64,000 nucleotides of DNA from a virus, in the IMG/VR virus record IMGVR_UViG_3300028608_000007, positions 32,001 to 96,000 of that record; one strand, written 5' to 3'. Below, in pieces: positions 1 to 8,275 of the stretch (positions are counted from its first letter, which is position 1; every line of letters begins with the position of its first letter). The position numbers and the translations under genes were made by a program. The notes beneath the pieces were generated by a model, which had not been told where the DNA came from, did no database searches, and saw only the letters and a program-made list of their open reading frames with translations.

Positions 1-1
1 G

Positions 2-292
2 TACATCACCCCTGAGGGTGAGTTTGCAGTGCTGGAGTTCGATCACAAAGACCATGAGTTCTTCTTGCGCATGGATTCGTTACATGACTACCGTAACTGG
101 TGTCAGGTTGAGCGATTCCGCGTAGAAGGCAATCTGTTCTGCGGCGCGTGTCCTTACAAAGGAAACTGTCTGTCGGAACACTTACGCGATGTGAAGTCCT
201 TGGACAACTCCTGTAACGGGTTCCGAGGACTCTTAGACAGGTGGGCTGAACATGCAAGTACAACACCGACAGCGCCTGGAGATCACCCTTGA
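2..292 (+). CDS. Radical SAM/SPASM-like protein, C-terminal fragment (gene starts before window)
   Basis: Frame open from nt 2 (YITPEGEFAVLEFD...); Cys cluster CGACPYKGNC...SCNG typical of SPASM/Twitch auxiliary Fe-S domains. Confidence 0.7.
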   Translation, partial: YITPEGEFAVLEFDHKDHEFFLRMDSLHDYRNWCQVERFRVEGNLFCGACPYKGNCLSEHLRDVKSLDNSCNGFRGLLDRWAEHASTTPTAPGDHP

Positions 293-1268
293 CATCTTTC
301 GAGGGTGTGGTCACTCCTGTGCAGGCTGCATGATTGACAAACAACTAGGGGGTGAGGTTTCAGACATCCCTGAGTTGCTGCTGTTGATCCAAGAGATGGA
401 AGCTGTGGGTTACGTACCCTTTGACTTAGGTGTCGGACCTACAGACTACATGACCTCGAACAACGTACAAGACGTGATGGGCAACGAGACCTTCCAAGAG
501 ATGGCTCAGTTGTTCCATCAGGTGACCTTCAACGCTGCGTTCTTGGAAAAGGATCTGGACAAGTACTCCGAGATGTGCCAAGACATTGATCTGGCGTGTC
601 CCGGTAAGCCTATCCGGTTCCTCATTCCAGCAGCCCCCACCTTCTTCAAGAACGACAAGTTTGGCAACATGATTGAAGCCAAGCTTAATCACTGTAAAGA
701 AGCTTTCCAGTCAGCCTTCTTGAATGAGGCAGGCTTTGTCGTAACGTGTAACCATGAGACGATGGATGAGAACTTCGACCAGTTGATTCGACGCGGGATG
801 GATGTTGAATTCCCAGTGGACAAAGACGACATCCTCAACATTCCGTATGGTCGCTCCAAGAACCTGGACCTAATGGTGTCTCAACGGGTCTTACGTGTCT
901 CCCACGCCATCAGTGAGTTCTATGCAGGGCTTTCTGGTGAGGACGAGCGTCGTCGTAACCCTGATTTGCACTACGACACAGGGACGATGGTTAACTTGTT
1001 GTACACAGGTGGGAAGCTGTATTGGGTTCCCTTCCTTAAAGACGACTGTCCGTTCATTCACGACGAGTTTGTGATCCCAAGGCCCTGGACTATGTCTAAC
1101 CTCTTGCGCGTGCGTAACGAGGCTATGGAGCGTTCTGTAGAGTACCTCAAAGATACCAAGTGTCTTGAGTGTGTACACTTCGCTAGCTGCATGGAGAAGG
1201 GCATCAGCACCATCATGCAGAAGCTGTCGATTCGTGATTGCTTGGTGGGCTTAGATCATGTTTCCTGA
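252..1268 (+). CDS. Radical SAM-like protein with C-terminal Cys cluster
   Basis: N-terminal CxxxCxxC (CGHSCAGC); C-terminal CLECVHFASC; overlaps neighbours. Confidence 0.75.
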   Translation: MQVQHRQRLEITLDIFRGCGHSCAGCMIDKQLGGEVSDIPELLLLIQEMEAVGYVPFDLGVGPTDYMTSNNVQDVMGNETFQEMAQLFHQVTFNAAFLEKDLDKYSEMCQDIDLACPGKPIRFLIPAAPTFFKNDKFGNMIEAKLNHCKEAFQSAFLNEAGFVVTCNHETMDENFDQLIRRGMDVEFPVDKDDILNIPYGRSKNLDLMVSQRVLRVSHAISEFYAGLSGEDERRRNPDLHYDTGTMVNLLYTGGKLYWVPFLKDDCPFIHDEFVIPRPWTMSNLLRVRNEAMERSVEYLKDTKCLECVHFASCMEKGISTIMQKLSIRDCLVGLDHVS

Positions 1269-2295
1269 GCTGATCGGCATGTCCTTAAACCTGAACCTTG
1301 AGATCCTCACCGGGTGTGGGTTCAGTTGTCCTGGCTGTACTGTGGAGAAGAACTTTGCACCGTTCGAGTTACCAGCCGCCGATACACAAGCGCTCGAAGC
1401 TTTCGTACTCGACCTCCGGGCGCAACAGTGGAGGCTCCTCGAGTTCAAAGTCGGGCCCACTGATATTTGTAGTTCTGATAACGGCTTTGCTGCTCTGGGT
1501 CACCCATTAGTCAAAACCTTGGCTCAACATTACAAAGCGTTGAACATCAACCTTGCGATGTTGAGTACTCGAGGCTTTGAAGAGTTAGCGCCGTTGCTCG
1601 ATGCGTTGATGCCCGGTAAGAAGCTCTCTGTGACGGTTCCAATGACGTTGAAGAACATTGGTAACCCAAAGTACCGGGCTGTGTTGAAAGAGCATGTAAC
1701 GTACTTTAAGAGCCTTCTGAAAGAGGTGGACTTTAACCGGGTGTACGCAGGGTTCAACGTGGTCGAGGAAAACCTCACCCACTTGGATCTTGAACACTAC
1801 GAGTTAGCCCACACACTGGACCTAGGTAACGTAGGGATCGTGGTGGAGTTCCCGTTTGCTCACTCACGCCAAGGGTTCAACAACCTCTTGAACGTCGAGA
1901 AGTTCAAACGTGATCTGGCGGTGTACTCTGAGTTCGCTAAAGCGCGAGTCAACACTCAGATGTTCCGTCCTTTGCAACCTGCGATCTTGGAAGGTTTTGA
2001 ATTCACGTACCGAGGCGGTAGTTTGTACACCACTCCGGTACTGATCGAAAACTTCCCAATCTTCCATCCTGACTTTGAGTTACCCAGACCATGGACCTCC
2101 GAGTCTGTATTAGCTTACAAACAGGAGAGATACTACGATAACCTGATCGAGTATGCCGAGCACCCCGAGTGTGGGAATTGCTGTTTCCTCGATCATTGTG
2201 CACGCGGTGACGTCCATCGCATCATGAAACTGATTGGGAAAGACACATGTCTGACAAACACCCGCAATCGGAGCGACCTGTTAATCCCGGAGTAG
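1258..2295 (+). CDS. Radical SAM-like protein with C-terminal Cys cluster (paralog of previous)
   Basis: CGFSCPGC triad; C-terminal CGNCCFLDHC; shares GPTD, F.IPRPWT/F.LPRPWT and LY.GG.LY blocks with 252..1268. Confidence 0.75.
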   Translation: MFPELIGMSLNLNLEILTGCGFSCPGCTVEKNFAPFELPAADTQALEAFVLDLRAQQWRLLEFKVGPTDICSSDNGFAALGHPLVKTLAQHYKALNINLAMLSTRGFEELAPLLDALMPGKKLSVTVPMTLKNIGNPKYRAVLKEHVTYFKSLLKEVDFNRVYAGFNVVEENLTHLDLEHYELAHTLDLGNVGIVVEFPFAHSRQGFNNLLNVEKFKRDLAVYSEFAKARVNTQMFRPLQPAILEGFEFTYRGGSLYTTPVLIENFPIFHPDFELPRPWTSESVLAYKQERYYDNLIEYAEHPECGNCCFLDHCARGDVHRIMKLIGKDTCLTNTRNRSDLLIPE

Positions 2296-2741
2296 AGGGT
2301 AACTTCCCCATCATCTTGGACTATATCAGGTTCCCAGAAAACCTTCCTGACCTAGCTCTCTGTCAAACCAACAAAGAGTTTATCACGGACCCTGAGATCA
2401 ACGACTACGTCACCACCCATCTCTTGTCTCAAGTGCGCGAGAGGGTAAAGGTGGACGAAGGTTACGAGCTACATGCTTGCGCCAATCACGTTCATATCGG
2501 CGACCAAGGGATCAACATCCACGATCATCAACCTCACGCTCTGACGTCTGTCCTCTTCTTGACGCAGTCTGATGGCATGCTGGTCTTGCATGAAGATCCC
2601 GTCACTCCTGGTCAAGCTATCAAGCCTAAACCGGGACGCTTTGTAATCATGAAGGGAACCACGCTCCATCAAGTATTCCCTTCTCCCATGCCTGAACTTC
2701 GAATTACTTTGGTGTCCAACTATGAATGTCGCCGTCCATAA
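2247..2741 (+). CDS. Putative 2OG-Fe(II) oxygenase (cupin/DSBH)
   Basis: IHDHQPHALTSVLFL ... PGRFVIMKGTTLHQV ... RITLVSN: HxH, distal His and terminal Arg pattern. Confidence 0.65.
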   Translation: MSDKHPQSERPVNPGVEGNFPIILDYIRFPENLPDLALCQTNKEFITDPEINDYVTTHLLSQVRERVKVDEGYELHACANHVHIGDQGINIHDHQPHALTSVLFLTQSDGMLVLHEDPVTPGQAIKPKPGRFVIMKGTTLHQVFPSPMPELRITLVSNYECRRP

Positions 2742-3159
2742 GCAGTATCAAGAGTTGTACGCCTCGGTTGTCCAAGAACACTCTGACGACTTCTCGAAGA
2801 TGTTGTTTGTTGAAGACGGAGAGTTGGTGGAGAACGCCAAGCAGTACTTCCTCAAGGCTGAGTTCCCGTTGATCTATCCAGCCAAGTCGATGGCAGTAGC
2901 AGTGATCTACGCTCTGTTGCTGGAAGAGACCTACGCGATCAATCCGTTTGATTCGTTGAAGGACCCTGACTTGTTCTTAGGACAAGACCCCTACTTCGAA
3001 CCGTATGACAAACATCCGAATGAGTACGACCAGTTGCTCGAGTGGGTACTCAGCCATGACAACTGGAAGGAGCTAGGTTGGGCTCCGAAGACCTGTGAGT
3101 ACTTCCGTTTGGAGTGCACCGCAGAAGGCATTCAAGAAGTGATGGAGAACCTCGGATGA
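2722..3159 (+). CDS. Hypothetical protein within rSAM/oxygenase cluster
   Basis: 145-aa ORF translationally coupled on both sides (ATGA overlap at 3156-3159). Confidence 0.7.
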   Translation: MNVAVHKQYQELYASVVQEHSDDFSKMLFVEDGELVENAKQYFLKAEFPLIYPAKSMAVAVIYALLLEETYAINPFDSLKDPDLFLGQDPYFEPYDKHPNEYDQLLEWVLSHDNWKELGWAPKTCEYFRLECTAEGIQEVMENLG

Positions 3160-3716
3160 ACATTATCCAACCTTGGCAGACCCCGCTTGGTCATTCGAAC
3201 TTTGCTCAGTGTTTGGACCTCACCGCACTCAAAGATGAGATCGGTGCGCTGGCACTGATGTCAGACCAAGAAGACGGTGGACAGCGTTACGTCAATGACT
3301 ACTCGACGTTCCCCAACATCGTTCACTTGATCCGTGACATCATCGACCATGAGGTCAAAGAGTACGTCCAGAAAATGTGGGACTACAACCTCGGTGACTT
3401 CCGTCGGGAAACCAACGCCAAGTGGATTCCACCGGGTGAGGGTCTGTACCCGCACTACCACCCTGGTTCACAGATGTCGGCGATCTTCTACCCGGAAGAC
3501 TCTCCATCAGGGTTGGCGATGTTTGATCCACGAGGTAATGCGTGTCGTGGTTATCCCAAACCGATCCGCAATCGCTTCATGGCTCCGCACCTGATCTCTC
3601 CTGCGGCGGGTGATCTGTGGATCTTCCCTTCCTTCGTACAACACAGCGTCTCCTACGTGAAAGAGGACACGCGGCTTTCTATGTTGTGTGAATACTACTT
3701 CTCTGACGAGCGCTAA
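3156..3716 (+). CDS. Putative 2OG-Fe(II) oxygenase (TIGR02466/PF13759-like)
   Basis: HYHPGSQMSAIFYP ... FDPRG ... GDLWIFPSFVQHSV ... RLS; start moved to ATG 3156 overlapping upstream stop. Confidence 0.8.
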   Translation: MNIIQPWQTPLGHSNFAQCLDLTALKDEIGALALMSDQEDGGQRYVNDYSTFPNIVHLIRDIIDHEVKEYVQKMWDYNLGDFRRETNAKWIPPGEGLYPHYHPGSQMSAIFYPEDSPSGLAMFDPRGNACRGYPKPIRNRFMAPHLISPAAGDLWIFPSFVQHSVSYVKEDTRLSMLCEYYFSDER

Positions 3717-3718
3717 CC

Positions 3719-4273
3719 ATGGAACTGATTCAACCCTGGAACACGTCTATCTTCAAAGGTAACGTGTCCCACATGTGCAACGTGGAAGACATCGCTAACG
3801 AGATCCTGACTCTCCACAGTCTGTCTCCACAAGAGTCCACCACCCCTCACAAAGTCACTCCCGAAGAGTTCCCAGCTCTGTGCGACTTCCGCGATCGCGT
3901 CGTGACCAATCTGGTTAAGGAGTTTGCATGGCAGACCATGCACTTCGACTTGACCGAGTTCACTGTCGATACGTTCGGTAAGTGGTTTGCTAAAGGTTCT
4001 GACCTGGCCCCACACGTTCACGGTAGCACTGGTTTCACCACCATCTTCTACCCGGACGATTACGAATCGGGGATGATGATCTTCGACCCTCGTGGGAATG
4101 CTTCGCGTGGCTATCCTCGCAAGATTCGCGACGAACACTTCGCTCCGTACACCGTGTACCCGAAGAAGGGTGACCTGTACATCCTGCCTTCGTTCCTGCA
4201 ACACTACGTGCCGACCGTGAAAGACGATCTGCGCCTGTCGCTGATCAACGACTACATGTTCAAGTCGATCTAG
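3719..4273 (+). CDS. Putative 2OG-Fe(II) oxygenase (tandem paralog)
   Basis: HVHGSTGFTTIFYP ... FDPRGNASRGYP ... GDLYILPSFLQHYV ... RLS. Confidence 0.8.
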   Translation: MELIQPWNTSIFKGNVSHMCNVEDIANEILTLHSLSPQESTTPHKVTPEEFPALCDFRDRVVTNLVKEFAWQTMHFDLTEFTVDTFGKWFAKGSDLAPHVHGSTGFTTIFYPDDYESGMMIFDPRGNASRGYPRKIRDEHFAPYTVYPKKGDLYILPSFLQHYVPTVKDDLRLSLINDYMFKSI

Positions 4274-4276
4274 CTA

Positions 4277-4303
4277 GAGGGCCCTCCGGGGCCCTTTATG
4301 CCG
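4277..4303 (+). terminator. Hairpin terminator + TTTATGCCG tail
   Basis: agggccc-tccg-gggccct followed by tttatgccg. Confidence 0.75.
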
Positions 4304-4310
4304 TCAATCT

Positions 4311-4315
4311 TATGT
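4311..4315 (+). promoter_or_regulatory. Candidate late promoter core (TATGT) for endolysin
   Basis: TATG core as in phiKZ late promoters, about 30 nt upstream of the endolysin ATG; very short motif. Confidence 0.4.
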
Positions 4316-4342
4316 AGACTTTTAATCCTCGAGGGGACCAGT

Positions 4343-5020
4343 ATGTTTCAAGTAACTGATCGAAGCGAGATCAAAAAGACTCAACAGAAGCTTAAAGACC
4401 TCGGCTTCTATGAGGGTAAGGTTGACGGTATTTGGGGTCCTCTGTCACAAGCGGCTCTGGAAGCCTCGCGAGGTGAGAAAGTGGTTAGTCCAGCCTTCGA
4501 CACTACCCGGATTATCTGGGCCAAGAAAGTGTCCAAAGAGTTCATCCTGAAAGTCCGTGACATTGCCAAGAAACTCCAGATGCCCTCTGAAGGTGCAAAC
4601 TGGTTGATGGCGTGTATGGCTTTCGAAACGGGTGAAACCTTCTCACCCACCATCAAGAACGGTGCAGGTGCTCCGTACTACGGTCTGATCCAGTTCGGTG
4701 CGGCTGCGGCTAAAGATGCTGGCACTACGGTCGATGCCCTGCTCAAGATGACTGCTGAGCAACAGCTTGACTACGTGTACAACTTCTTCAAACCGTACAC
4801 CGGTAAGCTCAAGACCCTGAGCGACATCTATATGCGCATCCTGTGGCCCGCTGCTGTTGGTAAGCCAGAAGACTACGTGATCTTCGATGAGAAGGTTCGT
4901 CCTACGGCGTACGTTCAGAACAAAGGTCTGGACATCAACAAGGATGGTAAAGTCACCAAGGCTGAGTGTGCAGCCAAGGTCCAACAAAAATACGAGCGTG
5001 GACAGCAGTTCATCCTCTAA
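4343..5020 (+). CDS. Modular endolysin: N-terminal peptidoglycan-binding domain + lysozyme-like/transglycosylase domain
   Basis: QQKLKDLGFYEGKVDGIWGPLS (PG_binding_1 DGxxG motif); MACMAFETGETF (catalytic Glu), GLIQF; SD gagggg before ATG 4343. Confidence 0.9.
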   Translation: MFQVTDRSEIKKTQQKLKDLGFYEGKVDGIWGPLSQAALEASRGEKVVSPAFDTTRIIWAKKVSKEFILKVRDIAKKLQMPSEGANWLMACMAFETGETFSPTIKNGAGAPYYGLIQFGAAAAKDAGTTVDALLKMTAEQQLDYVYNFFKPYTGKLKTLSDIYMRILWPAAVGKPEDYVIFDEKVRPTAYVQNKGLDINKDGKVTKAECAAKVQQKYERGQQFIL

Positions 5021-5029
5021 GGAATCATC

Positions 5030-6598
5030 ATGGGTGCATTAGCGAGTTACTTCCCTTCTATGGAAGAGGAGTTGCAAGATCCCGAGGACTTTCTAGGTCC
5101 CGGTGCATTAGTAGAAAGTCGAGTGGCTTCGGAACGTGCCGATGACGACGTGCAGGCTCTGAGTGAGATCCATGCTACGTTGGAGTCGCTGTCTGCTTCG
5201 ATGGAAGCTTGTCTGGAAGCTGACCCGTTTACCCCCGTCTTCATCAACCATGCTCTTGACTCGATTGGTCGTCGTACCGGTCTGAGACTGCCTGCGGCTT
5301 CGATGGAAGACGCTTCTGTCTCCATCAGCATGGAAGGGTTAGGTGGTGCACTCAAAGCCATCTGGGACGCTATCGTTAAGGCTGTGAAAGCAGCTCTTAA
5401 AGCGGTGGCTGACTTCTTCCGTCGGATCTATGAGCTGGTTGCTGGTAAGCGCAAGAAGATCGAGGCAGGCTTTGCTAAGGCTAAGAAAGAAGGTGACTCC
5501 ACGCCTTCCAAACTGGCCGACACCAACAACCTGTCGAAGGTCGCTGACTCAGAGATCGAAGCCCTCAAGAAGAAGCTCAAGACCCCTGAGTTGGTCAAGT
5601 GTCGTAAAGACCAACTGGTTGCACTGACTGCTGCGGCAGCCACTGTGATCGACCGGGCTAACATCTTGGATGGTAACCAAACCATCCCTAAAGAAGAGAT
5701 CACTCACGGTGGTGAATCCTTCACCTTCGTGCGTCGTGAAGATGTTAAGCGTGCCAAGTACGTCAAGCTCTGCCAAGCAGGTAATGACTTCATCGCTCAC
5801 GCCAGTGTTGCCGGTGTCTCGCTGGCTGCCCTGAAAGAGCATCGCTGCGAGATCAGCATCGGTGACGTTACCGAAGTGGTCTGGGAGTGTCTGTACCGAG
5901 GCAAAGAGATCCGTGATGTAGGTAACAACGTTTCCGCTGCGGTTCTGGAAATCTCGAGACTGGCCATCGCAAAGATGAAAGGGTACTTCGCTAAGGACCG
6001 CAAAAACACCCCTGGCGACTTCCATTTCAGTAGTCAAAGCGACGCTATGAATGCTGAGGTGTTGGCCAAGTTCGAAGTGGTCCGCAACGAGTTCAAAAGG
6101 ATCACTGGTAAGGATGGTTGGATTCCTGCTGGTCGTCGTGTGGTTAAGTTCCTGGAACCCAAGAACGTTTACCACTTGTTCCCTGAGTCGAATGGGATGC
6201 CAGAGCTTGCTAAGTTCACTGAGAGCGAAGTCTTGCTGAATATCCCAACTTGGTCTGAATCCAAGAAGGCTTCGGATGGCGTGACCTCGCTGCTGATCCT
6301 CAATACGCAGAAGGACGTTATCACCGCCATCAACATCGGCTTTGACCGCGCGTTGGATGAATGGAACGCAGCCATCAAGTGGGTTGCTGAACAAGGACAC
6401 GGTGACAAGACCCCAGTAGTCACCAAGTACTTCACGGACTACTGCAAACTGTTCTTCACCGATATCCAAACTCAGTACAACCGTTTCCTGCGCTCGCAAC
6501 TGGCAATGGAAGGTACAGCGATTCAATGGGCCGAAGTTCTGTCTGGTACCATGGCTCGTCTGGCCGATGCCAAAGATCTCGTTGAGGAACTTGCTTGA
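5030..6598 (+). CDS. phiKZ-like internal head (ejection) protein
   Basis: Acidic propeptide with several S-x-E sites (PSMEE, ASMEA, ASMED, ISMEG), then the amphipathic ALKAIWDAIVKAVKAALKAVADFF typical of phiKZ_IP proteins. Confidence 0.75.
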   Translation: MGALASYFPSMEEELQDPEDFLGPGALVESRVASERADDDVQALSEIHATLESLSASMEACLEADPFTPVFINHALDSIGRRTGLRLPAASMEDASVSISMEGLGGALKAIWDAIVKAVKAALKAVADFFRRIYELVAGKRKKIEAGFAKAKKEGDSTPSKLADTNNLSKVADSEIEALKKKLKTPELVKCRKDQLVALTAAAATVIDRANILDGNQTIPKEEITHGGESFTFVRREDVKRAKYVKLCQAGNDFIAHASVAGVSLAALKEHRCEISIGDVTEVVWECLYRGKEIRDVGNNVSAAVLEISRLAIAKMKGYFAKDRKNTPGDFHFSSQSDAMNAEVLAKFEVVRNEFKRITGKDGWIPAGRRVVKFLEPKNVYHLFPESNGMPELAKFTESEVLLNIPTWSESKKASDGVTSLLILNTQKDVITAINIGFDRALDEWNAAIKWVAEQGHGDKTPVVTKYFTDYCKLFFTDIQTQYNRFLRSQLAMEGTAIQWAEVLSGTMARLADAKDLVEELA

Positions 6599-6637
6599 CG
6601 GCATAAAGGGAGGGCCGAAGCCCTCCCGTTTATGCCC
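6599..6637. terminator. Bidirectional terminator with TTTATGCC on both strands
   Basis: cggcataaa-gggagggc-cgaa-gccctccc-gtttatgccc between convergent genes. Confidence 0.85.
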
Positions 6638-7040
6638 CATTCATACCGAGCAACAGCTTGACAAATTCCCAGCCAGTCTGTAACACGCTATTAAGAGTCT
6701 CCTTATCCCAAGTCCCAAGTTCAGTATCCCAGCTTGCTAGCAAACCAATCACCACCATAGCCAACCCACCCACGACACCGACGGTCTTGAGTATGTTCAC
6801 CCCACGGGATGAGCTTGATTCGACGCCCTCCAAGTTACCAATGTCCATTGTGAGAATAGCGATCTGGACAGAGTCTTCCATCGCTACAATCTTTTCCATG
6901 ACGCCGGAACCGGTGTCAGTCAAGGCAACTTGCTTATCAACGGGGAGATGAAAGTTGCAGATTTGTGCAACCATGTTCCCCCACGAGTAGGTACCAAGAG
7001 TTTGGTTACCGATGGTACCCAGAGCACCTCCGATGTTCAT
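6630..7040 (-). CDS. Membrane protein downstream of spanins (holin candidate)
   Basis: Hydrophobic segment ILKTVGVVGGLAMVVIGLLASW plus C-terminal amphipathic helix; coupled to o-spanin stop. Confidence 0.6.
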   Translation of the reverse strand: MNIGGALGTIGNQTLGTYSWGNMVAQICNFHLPVDKQVALTDTGSGVMEKIVAMEDSVQIAILTMDIGNLEGVESSSSRGVNILKTVGVVGGLAMVVIGLLASWDTELGTWDKETLNSVLQTGWEFVKLLLGMNGA

Positions 7041-7396
7041 TTCGCTTTCCCCTTCTTAGCGATGCGTGCTTGCGTGTCGGCAATCCACTGATTCAGGTCG
7101 TTCGTACGGATGTTACACGAACTGACGTTAGACGTCTGGATCATGTACAGTAGCCCTAATACTTTCAACCGTTCTTCAACCGATAGCTTCAAGAACGCTT
7201 CCTTGGAAGGAGGCGGTTCGACTGAACTTAAAACCAATAACTCACTTGGAGGGTTTGGGAACGTCTCCCGCACCTCGTACACTGTTTCGATACGACTCCC
7301 ACATGCCGTCAATGACAGCAGCGGAAACAGGATCAACAACAGCGGGCGAGCCAATGGTTCCAACAGGCGCTTCTTGAAGCAGAGTGGTAACTTCAT
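7037..7396 (-). CDS. o-spanin (Rz1-like lipoprotein)
   Basis: Signal peptide with lipobox LTAC; Pro-rich FPNPPSELL; C-terminal SSCNIR; start at ATG 7396 inside the i-spanin gene. Confidence 0.8.
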   Translation of the reverse strand: MKLPLCFKKRLLEPLARPLLLILFPLLSLTACGSRIETVYEVRETFPNPPSELLVLSSVEPPPSKEAFLKLSVEERLKVLGLLYMIQTSNVSSCNIRTNDLNQWIADTQARIAKKGKAK

Positions 7397-7679
7397 GTTG
7401 CACCTTTTCTCTTGCGACCGCTTGTGACACGTCTTGCGCTCCCTGTGCTTTACCGTGATCACTTGCAGCCTTGGTATCGATCTGGGTTTGTTCCTTCAAA
7501 CCTTCGACCTCACCTTCCAACCGCTCTCGAGTCTGTTTCAGCTCTTTGACCTCTTTACGGGCCTCAGTAAGGTTCTTCTCGGTCTGCGTATGTTTCCAAT
7601 ACAAACCACCTATCACTGCTACAACCAAGAGCGCTTGGAGGATGTACTTTTTAAACACTTCACCTAAGATCGTCAGCAT
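7242..7679 (-). CDS. i-spanin (Rz-like)
   Basis: N-terminal TM (YILQALLVVAVIGGLYW) followed by coiled coil; overlaps o-spanin in another frame; GGAG SD before ATG 7679. Confidence 0.8.
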   Translation of the reverse strand: MLTILGEVFKKYILQALLVVAVIGGLYWKHTQTEKNLTEARKEVKELKQTRERLEGEVEGLKEQTQIDTKAASDHGKAQGAQDVSQAVAREKVQHEVTTLLQEAPVGTIGSPAVVDPVSAAVIDGMWESYRNSVRGAGDVPKPSK

Positions 7680-8275
7680 AGCACTCCACCCCCACGTAAC
7701 CAATTGATCAACGCAAGGATCTTGTAATACCCAACCGCGATAGCGTCAGTGGAGTGTTCGTCCAGATCTTCGATTCTCTTCCCTGATTCGTTACGGTAGT
7801 TGGGCAATCGCAAGATACCTTGCTGCACCTCTACTTTGTTCTTGCTTTTACCAGGTACCCCGACCGCAATCTTGGCAGAGGGAGGGTCAACTGTATCGAG
7901 GGGCATGTTGATGTCGTAGTTCAAGAGTGCTCGGCGTATAAACACCTTGCACTCCACCAACGCCTCGAAGGCTTGAGGGAATCGTCCTAAGAAAGGAGAT
8001 TCGCAAATCACGCCGTGGGGACACCAAAAACGGAGCCAGTTAATCAGCTCGATCTCGTGGGAATGAAGCTTAGCCCAGCGGGGACCGTGAGTGTCGATGA
8101 CATCAGGGTACTGCCGACTGTTCCTTTCACCACGTAAGGTGTTTGCATCACGCAGGATCACCTCCCCAGTGAAGAGGTCGAGGTCCTGTACAGCAGTCCC
8201 CAAGGTATCAGTACCTGGGTCAATTGAGCCGACACGATAGTATCGGCTGTGCTCTGGGATCAACAACATAACCAA
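7673..8275 (-). CDS. ruvC: RuvC-like Holliday junction resolvase
   Basis: SIDPGT, ICESPF and HSTDAIAVG acidic catalytic motifs. Confidence 0.85.
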   Translation of the reverse strand: MVMLLIPEHSRYYRVGSIDPGTDTLGTAVQDLDLFTGEVILRDANTLRGERNSRQYPDVIDTHGPRWAKLHSHEIELINWLRFWCPHGVICESPFLGRFPQAFEALVECKVFIRRALLNYDINMPLDTVDPPSAKIAVGVPGKSKNKVEVQQGILRLPNYRNESGKRIEDLDEHSTDAIAVGYYKILALINWLRGGGVLC

